Source: an uncultured Planctomycetota bacterium (GTDB lineage Bacteria; Planctomycetota; Planctomycetia; Isosphaerales; Isosphaeraceae). Taken from it: DNA of 64,000 bases. The stretch spans positions 32,001 to 96,000 of the forward strand of contig CAWJTV010000031.1 in NCBI GenBank assembly GCA_963845755.1, read 5' to 3'. Of the stretch, positions 1 through 10,993 are shown piece by piece. The notes under the pieces were generated by a model. It was given only the letters and a program-made list of their open reading frames with translations. It did not search any database and was not told the origin of the DNA. The stretch's first letter is position 1. Each line of letters begins with the position of its first letter. The translations under genes and the position numbers were made by a program.

Positions 1-3000
1 TGGCCCCGATGAGAGCCTGCTGAGCGACACCGTTGAGGGTGACACTGACATCGTCTCCGGTCGGGAAGTGCGAGCCGGCGGCGATCGTGCCGGAGACGGT
101 GACGGAGCTCGTGCCGTAAACTATCGTGTGGTTGGTCAGGCCCGAGAAGACCGGCTGGTACACGTTGGTCAAGGTGAACGAGGCGGACGCGGCGGCGCCC
201 GCGGCCGAGGCGGTGACGCTATAGGTGCCGCCCGTGTTGTTGGCGGTGGCCTTGACCGAGGCCACGCCGTTGGACCCGATCTTGGCCGTGGCGGCGGAGA
301 GCGTGGCCGTGGCACCGCTGGACGGGGCGGCGAACGCGATCACGCCCCCGGCGACCGGCTCCAGGGAATCCTTGGCCGTGACTGTGACCCCCAGCGCGTT
401 GGCGAAGGCGGCGTCGATCAACGCGGACTGGGGCGTGCTGCCGCTGACCGGAGTCAGGGTGAATCCCTGGCTCTGGAAGGCGCCGATGTCGACGCCCGTG
501 CTGGGACGCGTGACGCCGCGCTGATCCGTGGTGACGCCGCTGACGGCGATGCCCGTCCCGATGGCCGGGCTGCCGGGGAGCAGGGCGATCGTCTGGGTCG
601 GCCCGCCGTACTGACCCAGCACGGCCAGCAGGGCGTTCAGCGGCTGGGCCGCGGTGCCGGTGAGGTCGGTGCTGACCCATCCGCTACTGCCATCGATTTC
701 GGCAACCAGGTTATGCCCGGCGGATGTCACCGAGTTGCAGAACTCCGGTCCGGTGGTCGCCGAGTCCCCGGCCAGGATCGTATCCTCCAAGGTCACCGTG
801 TATTCACCGAAATTGTTGTCGATGGCCCCGCCGTAAATCGCCTGATTCCCGGAAAAAGTGCTGAAGGTGACCGTCACGGTGCCCTGGGCTTCGATGCCGC
901 CACCGGACTCGCTCGCGGAGTTGCCGGCGATGGTGCAGTTGGTGAGCGTCGCCTTGCCCTGATCGAACAGGGCGCCGCCGGAAGAGTTGCCGCCGTCCTG
1001 GGCCGCGGTGTTGCCGCTGAGGGTGCAGTCGGAGAGCGTCGCCGTGCCGAAGTTTTCCATCCCGCCGCCGGACTGCGCGGAGTTTCCGCTGAGGGTGCAG
1101 TTGGTGAGCGTCGTCGTCGCGTTGGCACCGATGTTCACGCCGCCGCCGAAGTCTGCGGAGTTTCCGCTGAGGGTGCAGTCGGAGAGCGTCGCAGTCCCCG
1201 TGCCACCGTTGTTCACCCCGCCGCCGCCGTTGAATGCGGAGTTTCCGCTGAGGGTGCCGGTGTTGAACGTCGCCTTGCCCGTGTTCTGCACCCCGCCGCC
1301 GAAGGATGCGGAGTTCTTGCTGAGGGTGCAATCGGTGAGTGTCGCCGTGCCAACGTTGTACACCCCGCCGCCGACGGAGGTTGCGAAGTTGCCGCTGATG
1401 GTGCAGTTGGTGAGGGTCGACGTCCCCGTGCCACCGTTGTACACCCCGCCGCCGCTGAATGCGGAGTTGCCGCTGATGGTGCAGCCATTGGCCGTCAGGG
1501 AGCCGCCGAAGTTGGACACGCCGCCGCCATCGGTGGCCGTGTTACTGGAGAAGGTGCAGTCGGTCAGCGTGGTCGTGCCGTTGTCGTTTTCCAGGCCGCC
1601 ACCGAAGTAGACGGCGGATTGATTCGCGTCGATCTTGCTGTCAGAAACGCTCAGCGAAGCTTTGTTGAAGATCCCGCCCCCGCTGCCGGTGTCGCCAGAG
1701 GCCGTGTTGCCTGAGATGGTGCAGCCATCGACCGTGATCGAGCCCGAGGCCGTGTTGAACAGGCCGCCGCCGGTGTAAGCCTTGTTACTGGAGACGGTGC
1801 AGCCCGTCAGCGTGATCGTGCCAGCACTCGCGTACAGGCCGCCGCCGAAGACGGCGGAGTTACCGCTGAGGGTGCAGTTGGTGAGCGTCGCCTTGCCACC
1901 GTTGTCCACCCCGCCGAAGTTGTTCAGCCCACCGCCAAGGCTGGCCGAGTTTCCGGAGAGGGTACAGTCGGTGAGCGTGGTCGTGCCGTAGTTGAACAGC
2001 CCGCCGCCGCTCTGGGCCGAGTTTCCGGAGAGGGTGCAGTCGGTGAGCGTCGCCGTGCCACCCGTGTTGTCCACCCCGCCGCCGCGTGCGCTTGCGAAGT
2101 TTCCGCTGATCGTGCACTGGGTGAGCGTCGCCGTGCCAATGTTGGCCACCCCGCCGACGTAGTTTGCGGAGTTACCGTTGATGATGCAGTTGGTGAGCGT
2201 CACCGTGCCAGCGTTGGCCACCCCACCGTCCTGGGCCGCGGAGTTATCGCTGATGGTGCAGTTGGTGAGCGTGGCCGTGCCAACATTGTTCACCCCGCCG
2301 CCGATGTTAGCGGAGTTACCGCTGATGGTGCAGTTGGTGAGTGTCGCCGTGCCAAGGTTATAGAGGCCCGCACCGTCACTGCGGAGCCATCGGTGATGGT
2401 CAGGCCCGAGAGGGTCGCGGTGGCGCCGGCATTGACCTGGAAGACGCCGCTCGTGCCGCCGCCGCTGATCGTCACGCCCGCCGCGGGGCCCGTGATCGTC
2501 TCCAGGCCGCCGGTCTGGCTCAGCTCGAGCGGGCCCGAAGTCAAGAGGATCGTTTGGGCGGTGGCGAACACGGTCGGGTCGAACGTGATCGTCTGGGCTC
2601 CCTTCAGGACATCGGCCAGGTTGACGGCCCCGCGAAGGTCCAGCTTGCCCGGCTGGTTGCCGCTGCCATCGGCCGTCGAGTTCACCACCAGCTTGCCGGT
2701 CGAGGGCTGGGTCTGGAAGGCGCCGATGTCGATCGGGCTATCCAGCGCGAAGCCGCGCTGGTCGGTCGTGATTCCTCTGACGGCGATGCCCTTGCCGATG
2801 GCGGCGCTGCCGGCGAGCAGGGCCATGGTCTGGGTCGGACCCCCGTAGAAGGCCAGCGGCGCCAGTCCCAGGCTGCTCAGGTTGGTCAAGACGATGTTGC
2901 CGTTTTGCCCGTTGACGAGGCCGCCCGAACCGCCCGTGCCGATCAGGTTATGACTCCCGGTGGCACTGCCGTAACCAGCGATGTCGCTGGCCGACGACGA

Positions 3001-5022
3001 GGTCCCGGTATTGCCGGCGACGATCGTGTCAGTGAGCGGTTCATGCCGGCGATGTCACTCGAGTTGCGAATTCCGGTCCGGTGGTAGCCAGTCAGGGTGA
3101 GGATCGAGTTCTCCAAGGTCGCCGTGTAGCATCGATTGTTCACTCCGCCGCCGTCGCTTGCTTGGTTTCCGCTGACGGTGCAGTTGGTGAGCGTCGGCCG
3201 TGCCATAGTTTTCCATCCCGCCGCCGGCGTTCGCGGAGTTTCCGCTGATGGTGCAGTCGGTGAGCGTGGCCGTGCTGGACAAAGAGTCGTCAATCCCGCC
3301 ACCGCCCTGTGCGGAGTTTCCGCTGATGGTGCAGTTGGTGAGCGTGGCCGTGCTGGATAAAAAGTCGTTCACCCCGCCACCATAGTCTGCGAAGTTTCCG
3401 CTGATGGTGCAGTTGGTGAGTGTCGCCGTGCCCTCGTTGTACACCCCGCCGCCGCGGGTGCTGAACCCGTCGGTGATGGTCAGGCCCGAGAGGGCCGCGG
3501 TGACGCCCGGGTTCACCTGGAACACACCGCTGTGGCCCCCACCACTGATCGTCACCCCCGCGGCGGGGCCCGTGATCGTCTCCAGGCCGCCGGTCTGGCT
3601 CAGCTCGAGCGGGCCCGAAGTCAAGAGGATCGTTTGGGCGGTGGCGAACACGGTCGGGTCGAACGTGATCGTCTGGGCTCCCTTCAGGACATCGGCCAGG
3701 TTGACGGCCCCGCGAAGGTCCAGCTTGCCCGGCTGGTTGCCGCTGCCATCGGCCGTCGAGTTCACCACCAGCTTGCCGGTCGAGGGCTGGGTCTGGAAGG
3801 CGCCGATGTCGATCGGGCTGTCCAGCGCGAAGCCGCGCTGGTCGGTCGTGACGCCGCTGACGGCAATGCCCTTGCCGATGGCGGCGCTGCCGGCGAGCAG
3901 GGCCATGGTCTGGGTCGGACCCCCGTAGAAGGCCAGCGGCGCCAGTCCCAGGCTGCTCAGGCTGGTCAAGACGATGTTGCCGTTTTGTCCGTTGACGAGG
4001 CCGCCCGAGCCGCCCGTCCCGATCAGGTTATGGCTCCCCGTGACACTCTTCTTACCACCGATGTCGCTGGGAGTCGATGAGGGCCCCGTGTTGCCGGCGA
4101 CGATCGTGTCGGTGAGCGTCGCTGCACTATAGTTGGAATTGTACACGCCGGCGACACCACTTGAGGAGTTTCCGCTGATGGTGCAGTTGGTGAGCGTCGC
4201 CGTGCCATGAATGTTATTCACCCCTGTGCCGCCGTTTCCGCTGATGGTGCAATTGGTGAGCGTCGCCGTGCCAACATAGTTGTCCAGCGCGGTGCCACTG
4301 TTTCCGCTAATAGTGCAGTTGGTGAGCGTCAGCGACGTGCTGGCAAGGCTGGCTTCGTGTACCCCGCCGCTGCCATTTCCGCTGATGGTGCAGTTGGAGA
4401 GTGTCGCCCTGCCAAAGTTGTTCACCCCGCCGCAGCCGTAGGTTCCATAAACTGAGTTTCCGCTGATGGTGCAGTTGGAGAGTGTCGCCGTGCCATTGTT
4501 GTACACCGCGCCGTAGTGTGCGGAGTTTCCGCTGATGGTGCAGTTGGTGAGCGTTACCGTGCCATCGTTGTGCACGCCGCCGCCATTGAAGTAGTTGATC
4601 CCGTCGATGATGGTCAGGCCCGAGAGGGTCGCGGTGACGCCATCGTTCACCTGGAACACACCGCTATGGTCCCCGCCGCTGATCGTCACGCCCGCCGCGG
4701 GGCCCGTAATCGTCTGCGCCCCGCCGGTGTCGCCCAGATCGAGCGCACTGCCACCCAGGGTGATCGTCTGAGGCGTGTTCCAGATCGAGCCCTGGAAGGC
4801 GATGGAGTTCGCCTGGTCGTTGCCGTTGGCCGTGGCGATCGCCGCCGCCAGCGAGCCGGAGCCGGATGCATTGGTGTTGGTCACCGCGAGGGACGCGAGT
4901 AACCGGCGATCCTCCAGCGCCAGCACGACGGGCCTCAGACCGTGGCGAGTTCGGCGATCCGGACCGCCCGCGAGCCCCCGTAACCAACCCCGTCGCCGAT
5001 TCTGCATGATGACGTGATTCAT
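1..5022 (-). CDS. Large extracellular right-handed beta-helix / choice-of-anchor-Q-like repeat protein with a planctomycete LEPRxLL-type leader. It runs off the left edge and has frameshifts at about 3195, 3040-3135 and 2380.
   Basis: ATG at 5022 follows AGGGAGAG. N-terminus RPVVLALEDRRLLA. Dozens of GGG(V/L)xNxGTATLTNCT(I/L)SGN repeats and three GGPTQT(M/I)ALLxGSxAIG...DQRG...DIGAFQ modules. One continuous minus-strand frame from about 2375 to 1 ends in Ig-like sequence. Confidence 0.85.
2391..4118. repeat. Intragenic direct repeat: 2391-3038 vs 3471-4118 (offset 1080 bp), with a near-identical core
   Basis: Line-by-line match, e.g. 2521-2730 equals 3601-3810. It encodes the duplicated anchor-Q plus following module. 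Confidence 0.9.
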
Positions 5023-5048
5023 GGTTTCTCTCCCTTGTAGACGTTCAC

Positions 5049-5225
5049 TCACGCGACCATATCGGTCACATCGACACTGATTGGCATGCCATCCGCACTG
5101 GGAAGTCCCGCGTCCACCGTCACCTTCACCGGTCCTTTGTGGCGCTTGGCCAGGTTGATCGTCGCCGTGTGACTCGCGGGGTTATAGGCCGTTGCCCTGA
5201 TCGTCACCTTCTTGGTGAACACGTA
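5049..5225 (-). pseudogene. Orphan C-terminal fragment of another large extracellular protein
   Basis: VFTKKVTIRATAYNPASHTATINLAKRHKGPVKVTVDAGLPSADG...VA* resembles the C-terminal beta domain of planctomycete surface proteins. There is no credible start or RBS. Confidence 0.45.
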
Positions 5226-5633
5226 CGAAAAAAACGGACACCAATGGGTCCCCTGATGCGATACCATTTAGTGCGATTCCCGGGATGAGGGGGCGCACTC
5301 CCGACGTCCCCGGCCCCAACAAGGGGCCGGCATCGGCCTGGAACGGACGCGGGAGGCGCGGACCTGGCGGCGGCAACGGCCGCAGTGTCCCAGGGCCGGC
5401 GCACACGAACTCCGAGGCTTCATCCCAAATGGCTTCGGTGTTGTCGGACCGAAGTGCGCAAGGGGAAGGTGCTTGACAGCGCCAGCGTCTCCGGCCGAGC
5501 TTCATCCTCCGCGCTGATGATGGGGATGCTCTGCGGCCGATTGACAGTGCTTCGGCCGCAGCCCTGTAAGGTAGTGCGAGAAACGGGGCAAGAAGGGGCC
5601 AAGTGTTTTCCGCGACCACGACCCGTTGACGAG

Positions 5634-6200
5634 CTACGGCTTGGATTCGGCCAGCGCCCGCCCTAGCCAGGCGCGCGCCTCGGCCCAGTTCCGCTTCACC
5701 GTCCGCCGGGAGATTTGCTGAATCTCGGCGATCTCTTCCACGCTCATTCCCGCGAAGATCCGCAGCTTCGCCACCGCGGCCGCATCGGCGTCGATGGCCG
5801 TGAACCTGGTCAGCGCTTCATCCAGATCCAACAACTCATCTTCGAGAGGGGACGCGACCAGGTCGTCGTCGCGCAGCTCGCGGCAGGCGCGCCCCTGCCC
5901 GCGACGCCGGGTGCTCTTTTGTCGAGCCTTCTCGATCAAGATCCGCCGCATCGCCTCGGCCGCGGCGGCGAAGAAGTGTCCGCGGCTGTTCCAATGCTGG
6001 GCCTTCTCGGTATCCACGAGGCGAATGTACGCCTCATGGACCAGCGCGGTGGCCTGGAGAGTCTGACCCGGTTTCTCCTGCGCCAGCTTTCGCGAAGCCA
6101 GCGCGCGCAGCTCGTCGTAGATCAGCGGGAGGAGTCGTTCCGCTGCCCGCGAGTCGCCCTGCTCGACCGCCGAGAGAATGGACGTCACCTCGTCCTTCAT
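5634..6200 (-). CDS. ECF RNA polymerase sigma factor, TIGR02999-like family
   Basis: EVTSILSAVEQGD..AAERLLPLIYDELRALA, TLQATALVHEAYIRL, WNSRGHFFAAAAEAMRRILIE and a sigma4 HTH. RBS GGGGGAG precedes ATG 6200. Confidence 0.92.
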   Translation of the reverse strand: MKDEVTSILSAVEQGDSRAAERLLPLIYDELRALASRKLAQEKPGQTLQATALVHEAYIRLVDTEKAQHWNSRGHFFAAAAEAMRRILIEKARQKSTRRRGQGRACRELRDDDLVASPLEDELLDLDEALTRFTAIDADAAAVAKLRIFAGMSVEEIAEIQQISRRTVKRNWAEARAWLGRALAESKP

Positions 6201-6522
6201 CGCTCCCCCGATCGCTTGCGAACCAAACGATGGCAGATAGCACCCAATAATAATGGAGAGCGGTGACCGTTCCAAGGGTTGGCCCCTACGCATCGCGATT
6301 CGCTCCTGCGAGCATCTCCGTCAACGACCAGGCCGTGGCCGTCCTGGACTTCTCCAGATCCCGTATTGGTTAGCCCTATATCCCTGACCTCAGAGGCATT
6401 ACACTAATCACGTCACGATTCGATGACGGCGCTTCCGCGGCTGAAGTCCCGGTCCTGATCTCCGACGGGCAACCTAGGGCGTCGTGGAAGCCCAGGACCG
6501 AATCTGCCAACGGAGGCCCTCG

Positions 6523-9500
6523 ATGTCGTCCTCGACAACCAGCGGCGAGCGCGAACCGGTCGAGACACTCGCCGAGGAATTCCTGGACCGCAAGCGCCGC
6601 GGCGAGCCAGCGTCCGCCGAGGACTACGCCCGGGCTCACCCGGAGCTGGCCGACGAGATCCTCGGCCTCTTCCCCGCCCTGATGACCATGGAAACCCTCG
6701 GGGGAGACGCGTCGAGTGGCAGCTCGTCCATCACCCGCGTTGCCGAGTCGCCCGCAGCCGGCAGCACAACCACCCGCGTTGCCGAGTCGCCCGCAGCCGG
6801 CAGCACGACTCCGGGCCGGCTGGGCGAGTACCGGATCCTGCGCGAGATCGGTCGCGGCGGCATGGGAGTCGTTTACGAGGCCGAGCAGGAGTCGCTGGGC
6901 CGTCGCGTGGCCTTGAAGGTCCTGCCGGGCCATCGGCTCGCCGATGCCAAGCAGGTGCGCCGGTTCCAGCGCGAGGCGCGTTCCGCGGCCCGGCTGCACC
7001 ACACCAACATCGTACCGGTTTTCGGCGTCGGCCAGCACGACGGCACGCACTTCTACGTCATGCAGTTCATCGACGGGCAGGGACTGGACGTCATTCTGGA
7101 GGAGCTGAGGCAGTTGCGAACGGCGCCTTCGCACGAGGCAGCCGGGCAGGGGACACTCCGCCAGACGCCGAGGGGCCGCGAGGCTGCCGATCTCGCCAGC
7201 TCACTGGCCATGGGCCGGTTCGCCACCCAACGCGATGGCGACCGGCCGGCCGGCCTCGGCGGCGCGCTGACGCCGCCCGACGTGACTCCGGAACGCCCCG
7301 GGCCCGAACCCGAGCCGTCGGAATCGGCGACGCCGAGCCCAGGGACCCAATCTGGCATCTCCCCGCTTTCCGAGACCGAGCGCAGCTTCGCCGAGGGGGT
7401 GGCACGGATCGGCATCCAGGTTGCCGATGCCCTGGCCTATGCGCACGCACAGGAGATCCTCCATCGCGACATCAAGCCGTCGAACCTGCTCCTGGATCGA
7501 AATGGCAACGTTTGGGTCGCCGACTTCGGCCTGGCCAAGGCCGCCGGGGCCGACGACTTGACCCACACCGGCGACATCGTCGGCACCATGCGTTACATGG
7601 CCCCGGAGCGGTTCGAAGGGGCTGGAGATGCTCGGGCGGATCTCTACGGGCTGGGACTCACGCTTTATGAGCTGCTGGCGCTCCGGCCGGCGTTTCCGGA
7701 GAGGGATCGCGCCAACTTGATCCGCACGGTGACAGAGGCGGATCCGCCCCGGCTGCGCAAGCTCAATCCCAAGGTCCCGCTGGACCTGGAAACGATCGTT
7801 CACAAGGCGATGGCGCGAGAGCCGGTTCAACGCTACGCGACAGCCCGCGCATTAGCCGAGGACCTGCGACGATTCCTCGAGGGTCGTCCGATCCTGGCCC
7901 GTCCGACCAGCCCGCTGGAGCGGTGCTGGCGGTGGTGCAAGCGGAACCCCGCTGTGGCGGGGCTCATCACCGGTATCGCGCTCTTGCTGGTGCTGGGCAC
8001 GGCGGTGTTAACGTCCCTGGCCATCGCGGCGAGGCGCAGCGCATCCAAAGCGACTGCGAATGCGGTCCGAGCCGACGACGAAGCGCGGCGCGCGAATGAG
8101 GAGAAGCGCCTCGGCGATCAACGGTTGTACGTGGCGGAGATGGGCCTGGCCCAACAGGCATGGCATGAGTCCCAAACGGACCAGGTTCGCGAGCACCTCC
8201 AGGCGGTGGTGCCGGAGCGGTCCGAGGACCCCGACCTCCGCGGCTTCGAGTGGTACTACCTGCGGCGGCTCTGCGACGCGACAACCCGGACCTTGCGCGG
8301 CCACACCGGAGCAGTCTGGAGCGTGGCGTACAGCCCCGACGGCCGCCGCGTTGTCTCCGCCGGCAACGGGGACGGGACCGTCAAGATCTGGGACGTCGGC
8401 TCGGGCCAGTTGATCCGGTCTCTGGCCGGGCCGACGGACGGTGTCGTTTGTGTCGCGTACAGCCCCGACGGCCGCAGCATCGCCTCCGCAGGCAATGCCG
8501 ATAAGACCGTGCGGCTCTGGGATGCCGCCTCGGGGACGCTCTTCCGGACCCTGCGCGGACATGACACGTCGGTCATGTCCGTGGCGTTCAGCCCGGATAG
8601 CAGCCGCTGCGCCTCCGCCGGCACAGACGAGACGATCAGGGTCTGGGATACCGCAACAGGACGGGAGCTTCGCACGCTGCGCGGCCACTCGAAAGGGATC
8701 AATCGACTGGCGTACAGCCCCGACGGCCGCGCGGTCGCTACCGCCAGTCATGACGGCACGGTCAAGCTCTGGGACGTTGACGCGGGGGTGTTGATCCGGA
8801 CCTTGAACGCGCACCCGAGCGGCGCCTGGGGCGTGGCGTACAGCCCCGATGGCCGCCGCGTCGCCTCGGGCGGCAGCGATAAGACCGTGCGAATCTGGGA
8901 TGCGGCGTCGGGCCAGGAGCTCCTCGCTCTGAGCGGACACGCGGGCGCGGTCCATACCGTGGCCTATAGCCCGGATGGCCGGCGCCTCGCCTCGAGCAGC
9001 ATCGACGGCACGGCTCGGCTCTGGGACGCCGTCTCGGGTCGGGCACTCCAGACCTTCACCGGTCACGCGAACGTCGTCCACTTCGTCACGTTCAGCCCCG
9101 ATGGTCGCCGCCTCGCCACCTGCGGCACCGAGGGCACGATCAGGCTCTGGGACATCGTCTCGGATCAGGAGGCGCTGACGCTCCCCTGGCACTCCGGCCT
9201 GCTCAATTCGGTGGTGTTCAGCCCCGACGGCCGGCGCCTCGCCTCGGCCGGCTCCGATAAGACCGTGAGGCTGTGGGACACCGATACCGGCCGGGAGGCC
9301 CGAATCCTTCGCGGGCACACGGGCTCGGTTCATGTCCTGGCGTACAGCCCCGTCGGCCGCCAGGTTGCCTCGGCCGGCCTCGATACGAGCGTGAGGCTGT
9401 GGGATGGCGAGAGTGGCCAGGTGGTCCGAGTCCTCCGCGGGCACTTCGGCGAGATCTATGGCCTGGCGTACAGCCCCGATGGCCGCCGGCTCGCCTCGGC

Positions 9501-10791
9501 CGGCCTCGACAAGACCGTGAGGCTGTGGGACACCGAGAATGGCCACGAGGTGAAAACCCTCCGCGGCCACACCGACTGGGTCGTCGGCCTCGCGTATAGC
9601 CCGGACGGCCGCACCATCGCGTCCGCCGGCGTCGATAGGACCGTGAGACTGTGGGACGCCAACACCGGGAACGTGCTCCGCACTTTGCGCGGGCACACGG
9701 GTATGGTCTTGAGCGTAGCCTATAGCCCGGACGGCCGGCGCCTCGCCTCGGCCGGGCGGATGGACGGGACCGTGCGGCTTTGGGATGCCGAAAGCGGCGT
9801 CGAGATCCGAACCTTGCGTGGGAACGCGGTCTCGGTCAGCGATGTGGCCTACAGCGCGGACGGCCGCCGCATCGCGGCCGCCGGGGGCGGGACCGTCAGG
9901 CTCTGGAACGCCGATACCGGCCAACTCGTCTTTACGCTGAGCAATCAGGCGAGCACGGCCCGAGGCGTGGCGTTCAGCCCCGACGGGCTCCGCCTCGCCG
10001 CCGCAGCCGGCCAGGCCGTCAAGCTCTGGGATGCGACGCCGCTGTCCGCCGAGTCCCGGACGAATCGAGAGGCCGCGGACCTGGTCGAGTTCCTCTTCGG
10101 CCAGCAGTTACCAACGACCGAAGTCCTGAACCGAATCCGAGACAACCCCACCCTGGATTCGGAGGTGCGCCGCCGTGCGCTGGATCTGGCGGGCCCTTAC
10201 GGCGCAAGTTTGCTGGAACACGAGGCCGAGCGCGTCGTCAACGCCTTGTACGAGACGCTGCTCCGTCCGGCGGTCCGGGCTCGTCTCCTCGCCGACAAGA
10301 CGCTCAGCGAGCCGGTGCGGCGGCGGGCCCTGACTCTGGCCGAGCTGATCCCGGAGTCCGCGTCCCGGCTCAATTCCGTAAGCTGGTCGGTTGTGTCCCA
10401 GCCGGACGCTGCAATGGAGGCGTACCGCCTCGCCCTGGAGCAGGCCGAGACCGCCTGCCGGCTCGTGCCGGACAATGTCAATTTCCTCTACACCCTGGGC
10501 GTGGCCCAATACCGCACGGGGCATTATCGCGAGGCCGTGGCCACGTTGACGGAGTCCGACCGCATCAACTCCGAGGGCCCATCCGGCTCGCAACCTGCGG
10601 ATCTCGCCTTCCGGGCGCTCGCGCATCACCGGCTCGGCGAGCGAGACAGGGCCCGCGCCGACCTCGGCCGCCTGCGTGCCTTAATGAGGAAGCCCGAGTA
10701 CGCCAGCGTCAGCGAGAACCGGTTATTCCTTCGCGAGGCCGAGGCGATCGAACTGGACCTGGCCTTCCCGTCCGACCCATTCGCACGCTGA
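6523..10791 (+). CDS. Ser/Thr protein kinase with a TM segment, 14 WD40 repeats and a C-terminal TPR-like region
   Basis: GRGGMGVVY, VALK, HRDIKPSN, DFGLA and YMAPE motifs; TM AVAGLITGIALLLVLG; 14 (Y/F)SxxG/S..W(D/N) repeats. RBS CGGAGG precedes ATG 6523. Confidence 0.95.
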   Translation: MSSSTTSGEREPVETLAEEFLDRKRRGEPASAEDYARAHPELADEILGLFPALMTMETLGGDASSGSSSITRVAESPAAGSTTTRVAESPAAGSTTPGRLGEYRILREIGRGGMGVVYEAEQESLGRRVALKVLPGHRLADAKQVRRFQREARSAARLHHTNIVPVFGVGQHDGTHFYVMQFIDGQGLDVILEELRQLRTAPSHEAAGQGTLRQTPRGREAADLASSLAMGRFATQRDGDRPAGLGGALTPPDVTPERPGPEPEPSESATPSPGTQSGISPLSETERSFAEGVARIGIQVADALAYAHAQEILHRDIKPSNLLLDRNGNVWVADFGLAKAAGADDLTHTGDIVGTMRYMAPERFEGAGDARADLYGLGLTLYELLALRPAFPERDRANLIRTVTEADPPRLRKLNPKVPLDLETIVHKAMAREPVQRYATARALAEDLRRFLEGRPILARPTSPLERCWRWCKRNPAVAGLITGIALLLVLGTAVLTSLAIAARRSASKATANAVRADDEARRANEEKRLGDQRLYVAEMGLAQQAWHESQTDQVREHLQAVVPERSEDPDLRGFEWYYLRRLCDATTRTLRGHTGAVWSVAYSPDGRRVVSAGNGDGTVKIWDVGSGQLIRSLAGPTDGVVCVAYSPDGRSIASAGNADKTVRLWDAASGTLFRTLRGHDTSVMSVAFSPDSSRCASAGTDETIRVWDTATGRELRTLRGHSKGINRLAYSPDGRAVATASHDGTVKLWDVDAGVLIRTLNAHPSGAWGVAYSPDGRRVASGGSDKTVRIWDAASGQELLALSGHAGAVHTVAYSPDGRRLASSSIDGTARLWDAVSGRALQTFTGHANVVHFVTFSPDGRRLATCGTEGTIRLWDIVSDQEALTLPWHSGLLNSVVFSPDGRRLASAGSDKTVRLWDTDTGREARILRGHTGSVHVLAYSPVGRQVASAGLDTSVRLWDGESGQVVRVLRGHFGEIYGLAYSPDGRRLASAGLDKTVRLWDTENGHEVKTLRGHTDWVVGLAYSPDGRTIASAGVDRTVRLWDANTGNVLRTLRGHTGMVLSVAYSPDGRRLASAGRMDGTVRLWDAESGVEIRTLRGNAVSVSDVAYSADGRRIAAAGGGTVRLWNADTGQLVFTLSNQASTARGVAFSPDGLRLAAAAGQAVKLWDATPLSAESRTNREAADLVEFLFGQQLPTTEVLNRIRDNPTLDSEVRRRALDLAGPYGASLLEHEAERVVNALYETLLRPAVRARLLADKTLSEPVRRRALTLAELIPESASRLNSVSWSVVSQPDAAMEAYRLALEQAETACRLVPDNVNFLYTLGVAQYRTGHYREAVATLTESDRINSEGPSGSQPADLAFRALAHHRLGERDRARADLGRLRALMRKPEYASVSENRLFLREAEAIELDLAFPSDPFAR
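6732..6809 (+). repeat. 39-bp in-frame tandem duplication (TRVAESPAAGSTT x2) in the kinase linker
   Basis: cacccgcgttgccgagtcgcccgcagccggcagcac(a/g)ac starts at 6732 and again at 6771. Confidence 0.9.
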
Positions 10792-10993
10792 GCGGTCGGG
10801 CCAAACGAAACGAGGGAGTACGCCCCTCTTGGTCTCCGGGCGCAGGCTGAGCGAAACGGACGCAGGCCATTCGTTCGAGCGTTGCGCATTGTCCCGCTTC
10901 GGCGATCCGAACCGTCGGCGCTCGATTCTGAGCATCCGATCGCGTTCCCTCCACTCGCCGGTTCGCGGCCTGCCCATCTTGAGAGAATCGGGC

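Noticed and set aside
68..1714. 548-aa plus-strand ORF and other ORFs over the beta-helix gene
   Set aside because: They are antisense shadows of a repetitive GC-rich gene. The minus frame carries the recognisable repeats.
2391..4118. Diversity-generating retroelement TR/VR pair
   Set aside because: There is no reverse transcriptase in the window, the differences are not adenine-specific, and both copies are in-frame coding modules.
5330..5400. IS66-like zinc-finger remnant (GHCGRCRRQVR on the minus strand)
   Set aside because: Too short, with no other transposase motifs or inverted repeats.
8008..9924. 638-aa minus-strand repetitive ORF
   Set aside because: It is the antisense shadow of the WD40 repeats.
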